This document shows, in pieces, positions 32,933-34,476 of a stretch of DNA of 34,476 bases. Position 1 is the stretch's first letter. Each line of letters starts with the position of its first letter. The stretch lies in IMG/VR virus record IMGVR_UViG_3300044475_000303, positions 1-34,476 of that record; one strand, 5' to 3'. This stretch comes from a virus (Duplodnaviria; Caudoviricetes). The translations under genes and the position numbers were made by a program. The notes beneath the pieces were generated by a model. It was not told where the DNA came from. It ran no database searches and saw only the letters and a list, made by a program, of their open reading frames with translations.

Positions 32933-34476
32933 TGGCCAACTTGCCTGAACAGGCACAATGGGAAGATGGGATCTATCAGTTGGAGACCTCGGACCCGGTG
33001 CTCGCAGGGCCTGACGGTATCGACAACCGCCAGGCTACCCAACTGGGTAACCGTACTGCCTACCTAAAAGCAGCGGTTGAGCTCCTCAAGGTGGAGTTGG
33101 CGGTACGGGACAAGAAGCCGGTGCGTGTAGTCACCACAGGGGCGATCACCCTATCTGGCTTGCAGACAGTCGATGGTATCGCATTGGTTGCTGGCGACCG
33201 TGTCTTGGTGAACAAACAGGTTAACGGCGCACAGAACTGGATCTACATCGCTGCAGCTGGCAGTTGGTCGCGCGCTCCAGACGCCGATGAAGACGCTGAA
33301 TGCACGCCTGGTCACCTTATCTTGGTGCAGTCTGGCACAGTGGGCAGCGGCTCAATCTGGCAGTTGAGTAACACGACACAACCACAGGTGGGCACCACTG
33401 CTCTGACGTTCGTCCAAGTGTTTGGCAAGATAGGGATTACAGCAGGCACCTATCGCAGCCTCACGGTCGATGCGCAGGGTCGGGTGACCGCTGGCAGCAA
33501 CCCGACCACGCTGGACGGCTACGGGCTGACCGCGCCTGTTTACGACCTGATTCGCAGCCAGATGGCAGCGTTTGGCTTGGGCTCGGCCCATACGCCGACG
33601 GTTGGCGCCGCCGCTGATTTGCCAACCCTGTTATCGGGCAATTACTACTTCGACAACCCGGCTGCCGCAGCCGTTGGTTATCCTGGCGTGATGTTTGCGA
33701 AGCGGCTGACCTTCGGTACGAATCGCGGCTTTGAGCTGGCGAATGCACCGTACGGTCGCCGCACCTTCATTCGTTACAGTAACGGCGATGGTTCTTGGGC
33801 GACTCCCGAGGAGTTGGCATTCCTCAAGAGCCCAATTTTCACCGGCATTCCAGAGGTTCCCACGGCGGGAGCGGGGACCAACACCCAGCAGGTGGCCAGT
33901 TGTGCCTTTGTGCGCGCTGAGATCGCGGCATTGGTCAATGGCGCGCCTGGAACGCTCGACCAGATCAACGAGCTGGCGGCGGCGATCGGCAACGACCCGA
34001 ACTTCGCCGTCACCATCAGCGCGCAGATTTCCACCAGGGCCGCCAAAGCCACTACGCTGGGCGGTTACGGCATTGTCGATGCTTATACCAAGACGCAGAC
34101 CGACGCGCTGATTGCCGCAGCCGTCGCCAACGGGCTGTTTGCCAAAGAGTATGTCAGTTCGCCGATGGCCTTCCCGGTCGGGGTGGTCTACACGCTCGGC
34201 CATAACTTCGGCATGCGTGCGCGCCTGGTCACGTACACGCTGAAATGCATCTCCGATGAGTGGGGCTACGTAGCGGGCGACGAAATCGACATCTCTGCGC
34301 TGCTTACTTACCCCGGCAACAATGGCGCAGACGGCTTTCAAACCAAGATGCAAGGTCTGAATGAGATCGTCGTGAAGGTCGGTGCGGGGCAAATCTTGAT
34401 CACTGACGCTGGCTCTACCGTTACGCGGGTGCTTACTCGAACAAAATGGAACGTTATCGTGAGGGCCTACGCATGA
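32932..34476 (+). CDS. Tail fibre protein (514 aa)
   Basis: Start revised to 32932 (TAATG overlap); IYQLETSDPV, LGNRTAYLK, TLSGLQTVDG, PTTLDGYG, ELAAAIGNDPNF; TGA at the window end. Confidence 0.92.
   Translation: MANLPEQAQWEDGIYQLETSDPVLAGPDGIDNRQATQLGNRTAYLKAAVELLKVELAVRDKKPVRVVTTGAITLSGLQTVDGIALVAGDRVLVNKQVNGAQNWIYIAAAGSWSRAPDADEDAECTPGHLILVQSGTVGSGSIWQLSNTTQPQVGTTALTFVQVFGKIGITAGTYRSLTVDAQGRVTAGSNPTTLDGYGLTAPVYDLIRSQMAAFGLGSAHTPTVGAAADLPTLLSGNYYFDNPAAAAVGYPGVMFAKRLTFGTNRGFELANAPYGRRTFIRYSNGDGSWATPEELAFLKSPIFTGIPEVPTAGAGTNTQQVASCAFVRAEIAALVNGAPGTLDQINELAAAIGNDPNFAVTISAQISTRAAKATTLGGYGIVDAYTKTQTDALIAAAVANGLFAKEYVSSPMAFPVGVVYTLGHNFGMRARLVTYTLKCISDEWGYVAGDEIDISALLTYPGNNGADGFQTKMQGLNEIVVKVGAGQILITDAGSTVTRVLTRTKWNVIVRAYA

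Larger units (their letters stand above)
54..34476. mobile_element. Transposable (Mu-like, B3/BcepMu-type) prophage with contractile tail; right end lies beyond the window
   Basis: DDE transposase, AAA ATPase, GemA and Mor in a leftward early operon; internal repressor; Mu-like terminase/portal/F/G/I head genes; P2-like sheath, tube and baseplate genes. The left boundary is inferred from the TG at 54. Confidence 0.95.

Noticed and set aside
33500-34090. Repeated TTLxGYG segments in the tail fibre as a possible DGR or invertible-segment signal
   Set aside because: A common fibre repeat; no reverse transcriptase, invertase, adenine-specific repeat pair or inverted crossover sites were seen in the window.

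Overview
Almost the whole window (about 54 to 34476) is one transposable (Mu-like) prophage with B3/BcepMu-type organisation. The host is probably a GC-rich proteobacterium such as Pseudomonas; this is inferred from composition only. The likely left end is a TG at 54 followed by GAT-core repeats. A leftward early operon follows (Ner-like regulator, DDE transposase, AAA ATPase, DUF3164, DUF2786, GemA, Mor-family activator). Next is a divergent cluster of repressor, 2-TM protein and lipoprotein. Rightward modules then cover lysis, Mu-like head and packaging, and a P2-like contractile tail, ending at the tail fibre stop codon; the right end is outside the window. The strongest novel signal is a shared FHGxVGQV motif at the C-terminus of the repressor and the N-terminus of the adjacent membrane protein, an arrangement like bacterial amyloid/homotypic signalling pairs. 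Other signals are a 21-bp late-promoter box repeated four times at a fixed distance from a -10-like hexamer, hairpins straddling those promoters, a probable +1 frameshift in the tail chaperone, and a recurring xFAE motif in the protease, scaffold and portal. There are also several antisense morons and two small genes missing from the ORF track. All family assignments come from motif recognition and synteny; no database search was run.
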